DNA from: Octopus vulgaris
Taxonomy: Eukaryota
Direction of reading: 5' to 3'
DNA length: 64,000 bases
Assembly (NCBI GenBank): GCA_951406725.2
Contig: OX597832.1
Location: 53,010,001-53,074,000 of the forward strand
The notes beneath the pieces were generated by a model that did not search any database, was not told where the DNA came from, and worked only from the letters and a program-made list of their open reading frames with translations. Each line of letters starts with the position of its first letter. Position 1 is the stretch's first letter. Shown one piece after another: positions 49,513-64,000 of the stretch. The position numbers and the translations under genes are program-made.

Positions 49513-52420
49513 ACAGTGACATTAGTCATAGGAAGTACAACTACTCAATGAGGAAGGCCATTACTTTTGTCATGGGTAGCACGAAGCTGATATTAAGCAC
49601 CAGAACAACCTTCTTTAGCCTACTATCAATGGCACAAAATTAGAGCTTGAAGTAGATGAAGTTCCCCCAAAACTGTCACCTCAACATTGTCAAGGTGCTG
49701 ATCCTAAAAGTATCCAAAGTGGTTTTAGAACTTTCCATTTCTTAGTAGGACTGGACTGAGTGGGGCCATCAAGAGGATGGAAGTGAAGCTAAGCTGGTGG
49801 TATCATATTGAAAAAATAAAAACTGGGTGCCCTGCAAGGTGGGATGCAGAAGGTTTGCAATCCTGCAAAGCCTACAAGATGCAGGGCATCACAAGAGCTG
49901 GTAGATGAAAGGCTGTCAGCTTGCCAACTGAGACAGCTGTGAATTAAGAAGTATGAGCTATGGAAAGGGTAGTGCTAACTGTATTTAGGCTAGGGATTGA
50001 CTAACACAGAGGAGCTGTGTATGATTACTGAAAGGCCAAAAGCACCCGATGACCTAAGGTAACAACACTTATGGCATGCCCAGGTGCAGCACAAGCTGAT
50101 GTATGAGAAGACTGATATTTTAGGTTTATATAGTTGTGCCAAGTAACATTAGATAGAAACCATAATTTCCTCCAAACTTAATTGAAGCCATCCAAATTAT
50201 TCTCAGCATTTTTCTTATATATATATGCTTCCCAGATACTCTGACAACTGACAAAATATCCACCACTATTTCGCAAACCAAGTAAACATCTGCTGATTTA
50301 TAAAAATAACTACTAACAAGCTAATTGCTTTATTAATTAGTGGATAGAGTGTAGGATGCATTAGAAATCATCATTTTAACATCTACTTTCCCATGCTTAT
50401 AGGGGTGGGATGGAATTTGTTGAGGCAGTCTACAGATGGATGTCCTTTCTGTTGTCAACTCTCAAGGCAATATTTTCCCATGACTACACATTTTCACAAA
50501 TTGGAAGTGAAAGACATACCTTGTGTAACAGTAACACTTGTTTACAACTACCATTTGGACATGGCAAAGTGACAGTGACATGCATATATATATTATAATA
50601 GACATTTATGTTAGTTTCTATCAAGCAAATTCACTCACAAGGTTTTGGCCAGCCTGAGGCTATAGTAGAAGATACTTGCCTAAGGTATTAAGCAGCAGGA
50701 CTGAACAAGGTGGTGAGCTGGCAGAAATGTTCGCACGCTGGGCGAAATGCTTAGCGGTATTTCGTCTGCCATTACGTTCTGAGTTCAAATTCCGCCAAGG
50801 TCAACAATTCAAGATTTCTTGGATAATGAACAAATCGTTCATTTCATGGACTCAATAAATTGATTAGCTTTCAGAAATTATATTCAATATAATGAACCAA
50901 ATCTAAAATAGTTTCTTAAAAATCCAGTGCTATCAGCTGGGTCACAAGAATCTTACTTGATTAGAATCAATCCAAAAAAATAAGGAACTCACTTGAACCC
51001 TTTAGCATTTAGATTATTCTGTCAATTGTAATGTTTATTTATTTACATTGCTTGGAATTAAATATTTTGGCTGATTTTAAATACCAAAAAGGTTAAATTT
51101 CACTTGCGAGAAATTTAAGTTGTTGAAACTGGTGGCAGATAACTGGGAGGAAAATCTCATATTTCATAAAACAATAATATAGTTTGGACTTGCAACACAC
51201 TAAATACTTGGCAAATTGCTGATAAACTAAAATACCAGTTGAATAATATGCTACAGATAAGCCCCATCCTTTTTAGATAATTAAAATTTTTGGGTGAAAA
51301 TTAACATTTCATTATCACCAATAGAGAGTATTTCATATGTTGAGTCTCTTCAAACACTGCCCCCCATCAGCTCAGTACAGAACAAACTCCATTATCAGAT
51401 GTCTTGGCTCAAACCATGCAGTTTGACCCAAGACATGCTAAAACTGGCACAAGACCAGCAATATTGAGGGACAGGGGGAAACAATTACATTAATCCCAGT
51501 GTTCAATTGCTACTTATTTTATTGACCCTGAAAGGCAAAGTTGTCCTCCATGGAATTTGAACTCAGAATGTAGAGAACCAGAAGAAATGCTGCTAAGCAT
51601 TTTGCTGACAGGGTAATGATTTCGCCAGCTTGCTACCTTATGTCAGAGTATAATAACTATTTGTTATATAAGCACAAAGAATTATTTATACTCTGTTATA
51701 TATTTTGCTTATATACCTTGTTATATAAGCACAAGGCTTGAAATTTGATGGGAAGGGACTAGTTGATCACATCAGCCCCAGTGCATGACTGGTACTTAAT
51801 CTATCAACCTCGAGGCAGATGAAATACCACAAGAATGGTACAGGCAGAAAGATCAAAACAGCAGACTGTAGAAGATGAGACAGCAATATATTACTGTCTA
51901 AACTAGAAAATAATTTATTACACAAGTTCAAATACTACTGTAGGATGCCTCAGACCATTCTATAACTGAGGTCAAGTAATTTGAAATTGTGGACCATGAC
52001 TGAATATTTGACTTATGCCTAATTAAATCCACAACAATTTGGTCAGCTTTTTTTTTTAGCCGCATATGATGACTGGTATGTGTGGAATAGAAAATGTTCC
52101 CAAATACAGGTTTTTAAGCTCCCTGGTTTCAGGTTAAATCCAACTGTGTGGCACCTTGGGCGTGTGTTTTGTGCCCTAGTCCTGGGACATCCAAAACTTG
52201 CGAGTGAATTTAAAAAGGGTTAAACTGGGTTTTTTTTTTAAATCTTTCCCTGAGATGTTAATGCAAGATAACCAAAAATTTTGCTAAAATATCCAAAGAC
52301 TTTGTACCAAACTTATAAAGGTGAAGGCTTGGCTGTGTGATAAGAAGCTTGTTTCCCAACCACATGGTTTCAGGTTCAGCCCCACTGCACAGTGCCTTAC
52401 GTAAATGTCTTCATTGTGTA

Positions 52421-52826
52421 GGTGCAGGAGTGGCTGTGTGGTAAGTAGCTTGCTAACGAACCACATGGTTCCAGTTTCAGTCCCACTGAGTGGCACCTTG
52501 GGCAAGTGTCTTCTACTATAGCCTCGGGCCGACCAAAGCCTTGTGAGTGGATTTGGTAGACAGGAACTGAAGGAAGCCCATCGTATATATGTATACATAT
52601 ATATGTGTGTGATTGTGTGTCTGTGTTTGTCCTCCCAACATCGCTTGACAACCGATGCTGGGGTGTTTACGTCTCCGTAACCTAGCGGTTAGGCAAAAAG
52701 AGACTGAGAGAATAAGTATCACAATCGAGAAAAAAAATAATACTAGGATTGATTCGTTTGACTAAACCCCTCAAGGTAGATCTTGAAGATGGCCACAGTC
52801 CAATAAATGAAACAAAAGATAAAAGA
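52421..52826 (+). mobile_element. tRNA-derived SINE (family A)
   Basis: Family A head and body, diverged tail. Confidence 0.8.
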
Positions 52827-55800
52827 TATACCTTTATCCAAATACAGGATAATCATTACGATTATATGTCAATCAGGCACATAATATCTCTAGACTGGAT
52901 ATAATGGTTTCTTTATTGAATATTCAAGATACAGCAATCTGACTGGACTTTAAAATAAACCGGAAGTTATGAAGCCAGGATGTCACAAGGGGCCATTTTA
53001 ACAATCTTCTTTAAACAATGTCTTCCATCTAAATATTTAAACTGTGTGCTCAAGACCTCACTTAAAAATATCACGCATATATGCATACACACATATTTAT
53101 GCATATGTGTGTATATATATATATACACACACACACGTATATGTGTTTGTGTGTGTACATACATACGCAAGATAAGTGAATTAACTGTATAAAATCATAA
53201 TTGTGAGAAAGTACTTCATTTCTTTTCAAAGTTTTTCTTATTCTTTAACTAATTAGTAGCAGTGTTGCATTAATGAATTTAGAAATTGTTTCATTCTAAC
53301 TGAATTCTTCAAATCAAATCCTTTGAATAATCATCTCGAATGGCTTTTACATTCTATGCATCTGGAACTGGAAAATCAACTCTTATACAAAGTAAAAGAG
53401 TTAAAATGACCCCAGGTTATAAAAACAATCAAACAGTGATTTGATTTGGAAAATTATTGTTAAAGAAAACCGAAAATCAATATATACAAAAAAAATCCAG
53501 TTATTCTGAAAATACAGAGAAATAGAAAACAGTGAAATAAAATCTATGTATGTAAGTATACACACAGTAACATTTGGTTGGCTAGTGTAGAGCGGTTTAG
53601 AGAGAAAAGTTGGCAGCAGGAAACTGAAGTTTAAAAATTCATTATAATAAAAGTCCTCCTAAAAACCAATATGTCTATCTTTAAATGTAAAATTCCCATT
53701 TACATGAAGCCCTATTTAGAAAGAAAATAGGGAGTGATGCTACTTTAACATGCGGTCTACCACAGTATCCTTTATTTATACTGTGAAAGTACCTGATCAG
53801 GGTTAGGGTGAAGGATCAGGTTGGGGTTGAGGTTAGAGTTAGGGTTTGGGGCTGGGTTAGACTGCATGCTAAACTGGCACCAAAAAATATATAAAAGTGA
53901 TATTCCAAAAGGTTTTTGGTAAATTTATTCAGTATAGCTAGATAAAAGATTGATATGTTTAAAAGTAGTTAATAACTAAATTCAAGAGAATTTGTTCCCT
54001 TTTACAAGCAACTTAAATGTTTTTTGGTTATTTTAATTATTAATATCACAGCCAAAATTTTGTCGTTATTGTTAAATTTCTATAAAGCTAAAAGTTTGAA
54101 GAAGATATGAATCAAGTTAGGACAAACGGTTTCACAATGTTATGGACGGAAGGTGATGTTTACGGTATTTATTTTCAAAGAAACAAGCTTTATAGTGACT
54201 GACTAAATTCTTCACTAAAACAGGAAATCAAACTAATAAAAAAAAAACAAGTCTTAAATTCATTTTAGTGAAAAGTCATTACCACTAAGTTGGAGAGACT
54301 GAAGTCTTCATTTGAAATGTTTTTACAACCACCTGCGGCCATCATACAAGATTAAAGCTACGAGATATTTCTTCTCTATTTTGCTGTTGCTCTGACATAG
54401 CTAGAGAAATGTTCAAAAATCTATTTCAGTTTCAACCACTCTTTTTGTTTGGTTTTTTTTCTTTCCTTCTTTCCCAATACAAAATACAAAAGTTGTCAAA
54501 CTTGGCTGTATGGAAATAAGAATGAACCGTTATAAGTGTTGCAAGTAAAAAGCAACAATACAAAATATGTCTAAGAATTTAGAAACTTTGAGAACGTGAA
54601 ATAATTTTAGGAATGGTGAATCTCAAAGTAAATAAAGCAATAAATATTGGGTCAAAAACGCTGTGGATAGAGAAATTTTGAAGGATTGCTTTGGTACAAT
54701 GCTAGAACAGATGCTGTGTTTACAGAATATGCAGGTGCGTGTCCCATGACCAGCATTTTCGACTTACTGTCTGATTTTTAATCCAATGTTTACAGTTCAT
54801 TTTTTTTATAGCTTTATCTGCTTCAAGCTTCACTATTCTTTAAAAGAATTTTAAAATTGTCTGTTTTAAAAATTTTGAAAAATCCAATAAATACAGAAGT
54901 TGTTGAATCTAAGAATGAAAAATATAGATCAGGTTAAAATATTTAGGAAAGGTAATAATGTCGAAAATAATAAAGTTAAGTATTTTAAAAATTAAGGAAT
55001 TTTTCAAGTTATATGAGAGACATTCACTAGTCATGTTGAGAATTTAGTTCTGTAATTATCAAAATTCATCAAATATTGGACTATCAATTTCACAGCTGCC
55101 AACCTAAAATGTTTTGAATAACTGGAAAGAAACTGTTGTAGGGACTATAATAAAGAACATTAAATCTCATTATAAAACTTGACATGCCACAGTGAACGAA
55201 GAAGACATGTCATCAACAAGAAAAAAAAAATTTTTTTTTAAATGCACGCAATAAAAAAAAAATGGAATTGCAAGTGAACTTGAGAAGAAATATAGCCACT
55301 TTTTATTGACTAGGTGACAATAGAGGATTCTGTACAGGTAGGAAACTAAAAAAAAAAAAAAAATAATAAAAATATAAAATAGAACAGATAAAACAGAATT
55401 AGAGAAGTTAAGAATGAAGTTTTCTAGCAAATAATATCCATGTATTTTGTTCAGTTAGAATTCACAATTTAATAAACATATGGCTGGACGTTGTTTTTTT
55501 TTTTGATAAAGCTTAAAAGGCCACAGAGTTGATAAGACATGGAAAACGTTAGCTTATAATTTTAGTTTGAAATAAATCAATTAGTTCCATAACTAGTGGT
55601 AACCTACCTTGAAGGTAATGAAAATAATTTTTGTGGGATTTTGTTTGTTTTTTTTTTTAAAAAAAGAGGAGTTCTATTCAACTCTAAAAGAAGGTGGCAT
55701 GCAAGTTATTTCTTAAAACTAGCTGTATGTGTATGTGGATTTGTTTCAATAAAACAAAAACAATAATTTTAAGAAACTATCAACATTAAAATACAGGCAA

Positions 55801-57806
55801 AGCGATAATAACTGCTATTTTCCAAACCTGCGCCCAGTGAGAAGTAATGCTGTGTATAAATAGATACAAAGGTAGGGCCGGCTAGTAATTAAGAAAAAAA
55901 AAAACAACAAAAAAACTTACAGGTAAAACTCCATGTGCAACAAGTTTACCACTGTTATGAGGACAACCAAATAACCCAATGAATGGGTTAAACAGAAGCA
56001 TTGTAATTTGTCCAATTAAACATTCTAAATGAACAAGTCCTTAGCAGTCATTCCACCAAAAGTGCTTTGAAAAGTTTGTTGCACAGAGGAAAACTTGTGG
56101 TAAGTTTGTGTAGAAACGTTAGAAAAAAAAAATTTTTTTTTTTTTGAATTCCACATATACACATTCGTTACAGTTTTGTTATTTTCACAGTGCATTAGAA
56201 AATTACAATCATTATTGCAAAGCCTGTATAGCATGGACAGAAAAATCATATTGTTGGTAGAGTAAGTTACACTAGTAAATTTTAGCTTTCACCCAGCTCT
56301 TCGTTCAATATCACACAGTTGATAAGAGACACACTCACAAGAGTGGTATAGAGACCATAGCAGTCAGTCTTTTCATTCAAGAATATCCTGAAATATTTCA
56401 CAGCATTTCAATCAGTCAATGTTAAGAGAAATAGCACCTTCACACTTGATAAACACTCATTCACACATTCAGTCATACAAATTTATAGTTTTTAAATTTA
56501 CAATCACCACCTCCATTCTTCAGGTTCACATTTCAGAGAATATAGACACACATTCCCGAATTTCATTTTTTGACATCTTTAAAGATTTATATTTCAAATC
56601 ACCAATTTCTCAAACTTCCAAATCAGCCATTTTCTGAAAAGGATAAAGACAGAGTCAAGTTTGTTTTGTTTTTTATTAAAATTATGGTATAAATTAGTTG
56701 GCCACAGTTTAAAGTTTGAAGCCAGAAATGCCTATTCTTTTCTAAATCAAACTGGGTTAGAGAGAGAGAGAGAGAGATAGAGAGAGAGATGACCAGTAAA
56801 ATTAATAACTAATTAGCCAATTCACCGGAGAATTGCTAATGTAATCAAGTGGATCATATAGAGAAAGGAAGTCTAAACAGTCAGCTTGGTCGATACACAA
56901 GTAATGTGTCGTCGATAAACGGCCTTACTGGAGCATCATAACAACAAGATCAGTAGTAGTCGTAAATACTTTGCTAGGTCAGAGACCTGCAAGGAAACCC
57001 ATGCTACTACCATCAGGTGAGAAGTGAAAACATGATACCACTACCACTTAGTTTAACTTAGTTACTTTAGAAAGAAAGAGCAGCTGGAATGTTTTTTATA
57101 AACTATATATATAAAAGAGGAAGGTTTTTTAAAGTAATTTTCAAGAAGCCCTTACATCATTCAATTTTTAGCAACAATGCACCACCAGCACCAACATTCA
57201 CAACTTAGTTCCAATACATTCTGCAGAGAAATCACAGCATCATAAAAATTTACTAGATGCATTTATAATAATAATAATAATAATAATCATAGTAATAACA
57301 ATAATAGTAATTATAATAAAGCTAACACATACACCAATATCAATGGTAACTAATAAATTCAGCGATAACTGGGGAAATGGTATTATGGCTATTTCCCCAT
57401 AGTAAAGAATAATCCAACAGGAACCCCTATCTTTGTGTCCAACCAGTGCTGCAATGAGATAGCTACTGCAAAGCCCACTGATTAAAAATAGAAACTTTAG
57501 TCCTCACACTTGTTCCTCTACTCAACTTCATTAACAAAAGAAAACAATTCTTGGCTAATATTTTAATTCCTTTTAAAGTTTCTCTTTTGTCAAAGATATT
57601 GACATTTGCACAGTTTTCAATCAACAACAATAATAGTAATAAAAATATTCTTCTTCTTAGGTTTCAATGCAAATGAGGAAAATTAAAAGCAAAGAAAAAA
57701 AAATAATCAAGAATAACCTATGGAAGACAGATGATCCGACTAAAATAATTACCTATTTCTAATTAAGAGAAAAATGATTCTGCCTTCCTATATATCATGT
57801 GTGTGC

Positions 57807-57845
<39 letters not shown>

Positions 57846-59112
57846 CACACACAGACACTCACCATATATATGTATGCACACACACCATACACACACACAC
57901 ACATATATATATATACATACACGCACACAACATATATATTAAATTTTGCCATCTCTTGAAATAGATGTTCCAAGCAGCAAAGAACTCTATTTCTAGGGAA
58001 TAAAGAAAAGTCGAAGGAATAATAATAATGAAATGAAACCAAGTACCTTAAAAGAGTCAGAATTTTTTTTACATATTTAACGACATTTTTGAAACTTAGC
58101 AGAAGAATAAAAAACAATCGCAACCTAAGATTTAGCATAGTTCTCCTGTATTTTGATCAAAATTAATAAAATATTGAATTATGATAATAAAAGAATCCTT
58201 TAATCTACTAAATAGTAGGATTATTGTTAAATGATAAACATGGATCTACAATCAGCAGGTATTTCTTTGAGAAGAAGTAGGGAATAATCTGACAATAATA
58301 ATAATAACAGCATTGGATACAATGCAATTTAAGCTGGAAGAGAAAAATACCAGCAACATACATCAAAAGAAAAGGAGAGAAAAATAAAAGAAAACCAAAC
58401 AGGGTTTGAATGCTAAACTGAAACATTTTTTTAAAAGGGTGAGCTAAGACACAAAAAAAAAAAAAAAGTTTTTCCATTGCCTAAATAGTATAAATTATTC
58501 ACATATATATATATATACACACACACAGAGGTGTATGTGTGTGTAGGTATGTGTATTATATATATATATATATATTTATATATACACACATACATATGTA
58601 TATATATATATAAATATATAATAGATTGCTTCTTTGAAAACACTGTAATTAAAAATTTAGTTTGGCAGTAAAATACAGTCAAGAGCTATAATAATAATAA
58701 TGATAATAATAATAAAACAAACAAAAAATAAAATAAAACTGGGGACTAGAATTGTTGCTTGACAGTAGTATTAAGAGTTGAAGTTGACAGAATAAAGAAG
58801 TCTAGAAAACAGAAGAAGGGCAACAGAAGCCAAGCCAACAAAACTCATAATTTGCTGTAAAGTGTAGCTGTTGCTGCTGATGAGTGTATTCTTTGTTCTT
58901 TTTTTGTCTTTTTTTTCTTTTTAAACTGCAGTAAACGATGTAGAAAAGTAGTAGTAATAGTAGTAGAGTAGTTGTAGTTGTAGTAGTAGTAGTAGAAGTA
59001 GTAGTAGTAGTAGTATGTTCATCCCCAAAACTGATTGCAGTAATCTTCAAGTTGCTTCTGCTTCCAACAGTGCGTAGATCAATGAATGCACAGCAGACGA
59101 TTTGTGGATTTT

Positions 59113-59208
59113 TCAAAACTTGAAACCTTCAGAGGGGATTTGAGCATTGGGATCAAATTGATAACTCTGTTCTGCAGCTTGAGGCACCAACTGAGTATCT
59201 TCTTCAAT
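59113..59208 (-). CDS. KPNA4: Importin subunit alpha-3/4 (KPNA3/KPNA4-like), last coding exon
   Basis: ttcacag acceptor; IEEDTQLVPQAAEQSYQFDPNAQIPSEGFKF*, the typical importin-alpha C-terminus. Confidence 0.92.
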   Translation of the reverse strand: MEEDTQLVPQAAEQSYQFDPNAQIPSEGFKF

Positions 59209-59654
59209 CTGTGAAATAAAAGAAAGAGAAAAATGAGAAAAAAAAAAAAAAAAAAAAAACTAACCCTTTCGTGTTCACATTATTCTGCCAAAATTAATCC
59301 TTTTTCATCCACTTTGTTTTGAACTAATCATGCATTATCTTGTAGCAATGAGATTTTGATGAGGTAATTCTTAATTTTTAAAAACGATATTGTAGGGTTG
59401 GTGTGAGAGACCAGATCTGGCCAGTTTGCACATAAAACAGGCAGGATACTTTTGGCCAGATATGGCTGGTTTAAATGCTAAAGGGTTATTAGCCAGCATG
59501 TTCAGAGGAGGGGATAAGTCGATTACATCAACCCCAGAACGCAACTGGTACTTATTTTATTGACCCCCCCCCCCCAAAAAAAAGATGAAAGGCCACTAAG
59601 CATTTTGCCTAGCATGCTAAAGATTCTGTTATCTCATTGTCTTATGATATAAGA

Positions 59655-60105
59655 ATCATCATCTTTAACGTCCGCTTTCCATGCTAGCATAGGTTGGACG
59701 GTTCAACTGGGGTCTGGGAAGCCAGAAGGCTGCACCAGGCCCAGTCTGATCTGGCAGTGTTTCTACAGCTGGATGCCCTTCCTAACGCCAACCATTCCAT
59801 GAGTGTAGTGGGTGCTTTTTACGTGCCAGACAAGGCTGGCAAACAGCCATGATCGGATGGTGCTTTTTATGTGCCACCAGCACGGAGACCAGACGAGGCT
59901 GGCAACGGCCACGATCAGATGGTGCTTTTACATGCCACCGGCACGGAGGTCAGTCAGGGTGGCGCTGGCTACGGCCACGTTCGGATGGTTCTCTTACGTG
60001 CCACCGGCACTAGTATCACAGCTACGAATTCCATTGATGTTGATCGATTATGATTTTCACTTGCCTCAACAGGTCTTCACAAGTAGAGTTCTGTGTCCCA
60101 AGAAG
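59655..60105 (-). mobile_element. Dispersed octopus repeat with (GAT)n tail (SINE/RTE-tail type); related pieces at ~2460, ~7130, ~16690, ~24750, ~41675 and ~47120
   Basis: CATCATC..TTTAACGTCCGCTTTCCATGCT.GCAT.GGTTGGACGG...CAGCTGGATGCCCTTCCTAACGCCAACC recurs across the window. Confidence 0.7.
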
Positions 60106-60879
60106 GAAAATTTTTGGGGTGGGTGGGTGAAGGTCTTTACATAAACCACAATGCTTAACTGAAAAGATGAAAAGCAATGCTAACTGTGGTGGAATTTAAA
60201 ACCAAAATGTCAAAACAGACGAAATACCACTAAGCATTTTGCTTGGTGTGTTAAAGCCACTATCAGCTCACCACCTTATGATAGGAATTCCAACCATGTT
60301 TTGTGGTTTGCTACTTCAACAGCTCCTTTATAGGGTCCAGTGGCTAAAGACTTCAACAACCGACCAATGGAGGAGAAGGGCGTATAGTTTAGGGCCACAC
60401 CCTCTCTAAACCTGCCTTCCAACAGTGTCGTGTTAGTTTCAGTTTCAGCAGCCAGAGCCAACCCGTTGTTTGATGGTACAAGCCTTCGAACAAGATCGCT
60501 ACTTTGACCTGTCTGTCAATCAGCAATGTTGCTCGAGTGTCAGCCAGCCTCGCCTAGCCACGCTATTTCCCCGAGTCAGCATGTAACAGCTTTCAAGCCA
60601 TTTTAGATCTTCTAGTTTCAGCCATATATAGAAGCTGGCTTTGTCAACTGCCTCCTGTATCCTCCTCATTACTTTTCTCAGCTCTGAGCTTGAAAATGCA
60701 AACCTACTTTTAAATTAACAACCAAATTCAAGAAATAATATTCATTTAAAATCCTCCTTCTCAACCAGCTTTTTTCAACGATAAACTTGTCAAGGTAGTC
60801 TTAACAACTCCTATTTCACAGGAGACTGATATTTTGCTTATAAAGAACAAAAATACAAGCTCAAAAAGCTATTACTTAC

Positions 60880-60971
60880 TTCCCCAGAGAAATATTTATC
60901 AATGATGTCATAAGCTAATTTATATATATCTTCATTTTCATGGTTTTGGAGGTTTTCTATCTTATCCAAGC
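60880..60971 (-). CDS. KPNA4: Importin subunit alpha-3/4, penultimate coding exon
   Basis: tttcag acceptor, GTAAGT donor, 92 nt, phase 1-0; [31 protein letters not shown]. Confidence 0.95.
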
Positions 60972-61826
60972 CTGAAATAAACAGAAAATAATGAAAGAAA
61001 AATTGCAAGCATTTCCAGATTTACAGAAATATATTTTGAAAATTTAAAGGTTTCATTTATAGTAGTTCTATAAACATACAAATACATGTCTTTCATTTTT
61101 GTTTTTTTTAGCAATGGATCTGAAAGCACACATACACCATAAACAAACATGAATAAGTCCTAGGCTTGAGTTGAAAGAAAAAGAAAAACCATTTTGGCTA
61201 GAAAAGTCAAAGGCTGCCTGTGGAATCCAAACCCACATTTTTTTTTTCTCTACAGTTGTAGATTTGACTGCTAAGGACAGCTTTTGACCCACTTTATCCA
61301 AAAAAGGTTCATCAACCAAATATTTACATATTTATTCATCCACCAGCGTACAGGTACATCTATCCACACATACACAATTTTTTTTTGACATTCCTTGTTT
61401 CAATCAGCAACTGGAACTCTTTCGCATTCAAATTACTCTGCCAAACGTAAAGCTTAATTATTTATACTCTTTTGAATCAGTCACGTATTGCCTCATAAGC
61501 TTTGAGATTTTCATGATCTTATTGTCTATTTTTAGAATGCATTGCAGGGTAGGTGTGAGAGGTTAGATCAGACCAGTTTGAACATAAAACAGGAGGCATA
61601 TTTCGGCTGAATATGGCCAGTCTGCCCTCCCACCAACTGCACAAATGTGCCGATGCTATCATTCTTCAACCGCTTCTCTCCCTTTCTGCCAATCCCTCCT
61701 CTCCCTCTCGAAAAAAAAAACCACATCTGTTCTTTTCTTCATCACTTCCATCAACCTTTAAGTTTACATGAAAAATAATCAAAGATAATTTATCGACAGT
61801 TGACAAAGTACAGCAAATATACGAAC

Positions 61827-61989
61827 CACCACATTCTTCTATTTGCTGGCATAAAGATTCAACATCATCACCAGCCATCTTCAATATGTTGTTAATGCCA
61901 TCTAAAACAACATTAACAACTTGTGGATCTTTAACTCCCAGTAAATTACAGAAGGGGCCAATCACTCCTTCATGAACAACATAGCCAAC
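61827..61989 (-). CDS. KPNA4: Importin subunit alpha-3/4, internal coding exon (upstream exons not found in this window)
   Basis: ttgtag acceptor, G|GTTCGT donor; [54 protein letters not shown] (ARM repeat 9/10 region). Confidence 0.95.
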
Positions 61990-64000
61990 CTACAAAAAGA
62001 AAGAAATTAAGTTGTCAAAAAAATAAAAGGAAGAATAATTTAATTTACTGCTTATACATTTGAAATGTGGTTATACAAAGATGAAAGCCTTGCTGCAAAT
62101 GTCAGCTGACCCCTCCATACTAATATCATTCCTTGGTTTTGCAATGGCTTATATGGGGGGTTTCTTTTTTGTTCATCCTTTATTTGCTAGACTGGGAAAA
62201 AGGAGCAGGCCTCGTGGCCTTCACAACCTCTTGGAGATCAGTGGAGGACTTGACATTCGACATAAATTGCTGCAATCTGATGACTGCGAAAAAAAAGGCA
62301 TGTGCAGAGAGCAAATTCCAGAAGGCCACTGTATAGGGGGGAAAAACGGGCTGGACCTACTTTGTTAGTGGAGAAGTTGAAAGCAAAGGTAACAAGAGAG
62401 GCAGAAATCACTGTAGCTGTAGTAAAAAATGCATTGAGAGGAGACAGAGCAATTCTGCAGTCCCGAGGCTGTACTAATATGTTGAGCTTTCTCTGAATGT
62501 GGTGTAGAATGTGTGCGCACATGTATGTGTAACACCTGTAGCTCCATCATAGACATAGGAGCAGTTTTACAATGTAGGTTTCACCTGAATTTTGTAGAGG
62601 GTCAGAAAATGTGGGAAGCTGAACTGTTTTCTGACAAGGCCAATATTAATGGGGATGCAGTCCTAGCTATGGTAAGGACATGTGCTCACCATTCAAGATC
62701 TTCAATGAAAACATTTGGAATGACAACAAGAACCCTAGCTGCATGCAGCTCGTATTAATGTGGGATGATGTTTTTTGAATGTGAGCAATGTGTGGTTTTT
62801 TGATGTTGAAAGAGACAAAATTTGCACAACCCAATTGGAGGATACTTTTGGAGCATCTGTTCATGGAGTTAGTGCAGGTTTGCCTCAAAGTACCTCAGAT
62901 GCATCAAGATAACACGAGTGGAAAAAGTTAGGGAAGAATGAAGAATGGTATGGACTATTTAGAGATGGTGCCACTGGATGTGAGAGCAAATAAGTTATTG
63001 ATTTACAGCAAGAAGCGTTGAGGACATTTATAAACTCTTGGGCACACACGATTTGAAAGTATGAAGAATGTGTCTTCAGTAGCCATTCTTAGGTATGATA
63101 TCCTTTATTCTTTTTGTTTCAGTCATTTGACTGTGGCCATAAAGGGTTTTTTAATCGAAGAAATTGACACCAGGACTTATTCTTTGTAAGCCTAGTACTT
63201 ATTCTATTGGTCTCTTTTGCCAAGCTGCTAAGTTACAGGGACATAAACACAGCAACATCAGTTGTCAAGCGATAGCAGGGGAGGGAACAAACACAAATAG
63301 ATATATATATATGGTGTATTAGCCGGTGTTTTCAAAGCGATGAATAGCTTTTTGCGGAAACCATAGTTCGCTTTGTTTTCTGACTTTATTATCATCTTAT
63401 AATAATGACTTTTATTACTACCTCAGTCCATCTAAATGTATATATTTGTCGTTACCTGTCATAAAAAAGCCTTTTTTTATTTGCAATGTGCATTTTCGTT
63501 CATTTTTCATATTTTACCCTTACATTTCCACGTGTATTTTATATTTTCTTTTTGTAACATATTTCTACTATATATATATATAGCTTCAATAACAGAGATT
63601 AACAGTAAAGGTTGAGAAATTTGCCTTAGAGTTTGGATGTTAGTAAGGACTGATGGTTGGAAGTGAGTCCATTAATGTTAAAGACAAGAGACAGAATTGA
63701 CTAACTGGTTTTATTTTGGTGTCTTGAGGAAATGTGAAGAGTGACAGTACAATAATGGCAAAACAATACTACTTTAGAAATTGTCCAATTCTTCAAACCA
63801 TGGTAATTATACATGTAATTAATAAGTTAATGAATATACAGCCATAAATTCTACCAAAATTTCTCGTCAATCTCAAACTTCCAAAGACAGAAAGACAGCT
63901 CCTATGTCAAGTTAAAATAGAGAGAAAATACGATGGAAGAGGGAAAACAATAACTTTCACAATCTTATGTCTGTCTTCCATGTTGGTATGGCTTGGACTA

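Noticed and set aside
62060-62900. Overlapping ORFs in the importin intron
   Set aside because: Not importin-like; they resemble a heavily decayed LINE remnant that I cannot classify confidently

Overview
AT-rich, repeat-dense eukaryotic DNA. The SINE/RTE repertoire and microsatellite load look like an octopus (coleoid cephalopod) genome. Most ORFs in the supplied track are microsatellite or SINE artefacts. Supported genes: (1) three minus-strand exons of an ENPP4/5-like ectonucleotide pyrophosphatase/phosphodiesterase (10125->496, continuing out of the window); (2) the last three coding exons of importin alpha-3 (KPNA3/4-like, minus, 61989->59113) with an apparently very long 3' UTR; (3) a tRNA-Val(TAC); (4) a complete four-exon plus-strand gene missing from the ORF track (32167-44029). 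Gene 4 encodes a 111-aa protein with a Pro/Tyr-rich N-terminus and a His-rich tail, and includes an 18-nt microexon. The second main observation is a dispersed set of type I hammerhead ribozyme motifs, folded by hand. One with a canonical core lies just downstream of a decayed Penelope-like GIY-YIG ORF. About ten others lie in short non-coding elements, several as inverted (foldback) pairs in which the antisense arm always precedes the ribozyme. The rest is tRNA-derived SINEs, RTE and CR1 fragments, mariner, piggyBac-type and 8-bp-TSD MITEs, and non-autonomous Helitrons. No searches or folding programs were run, and repeat boundaries are approximate.
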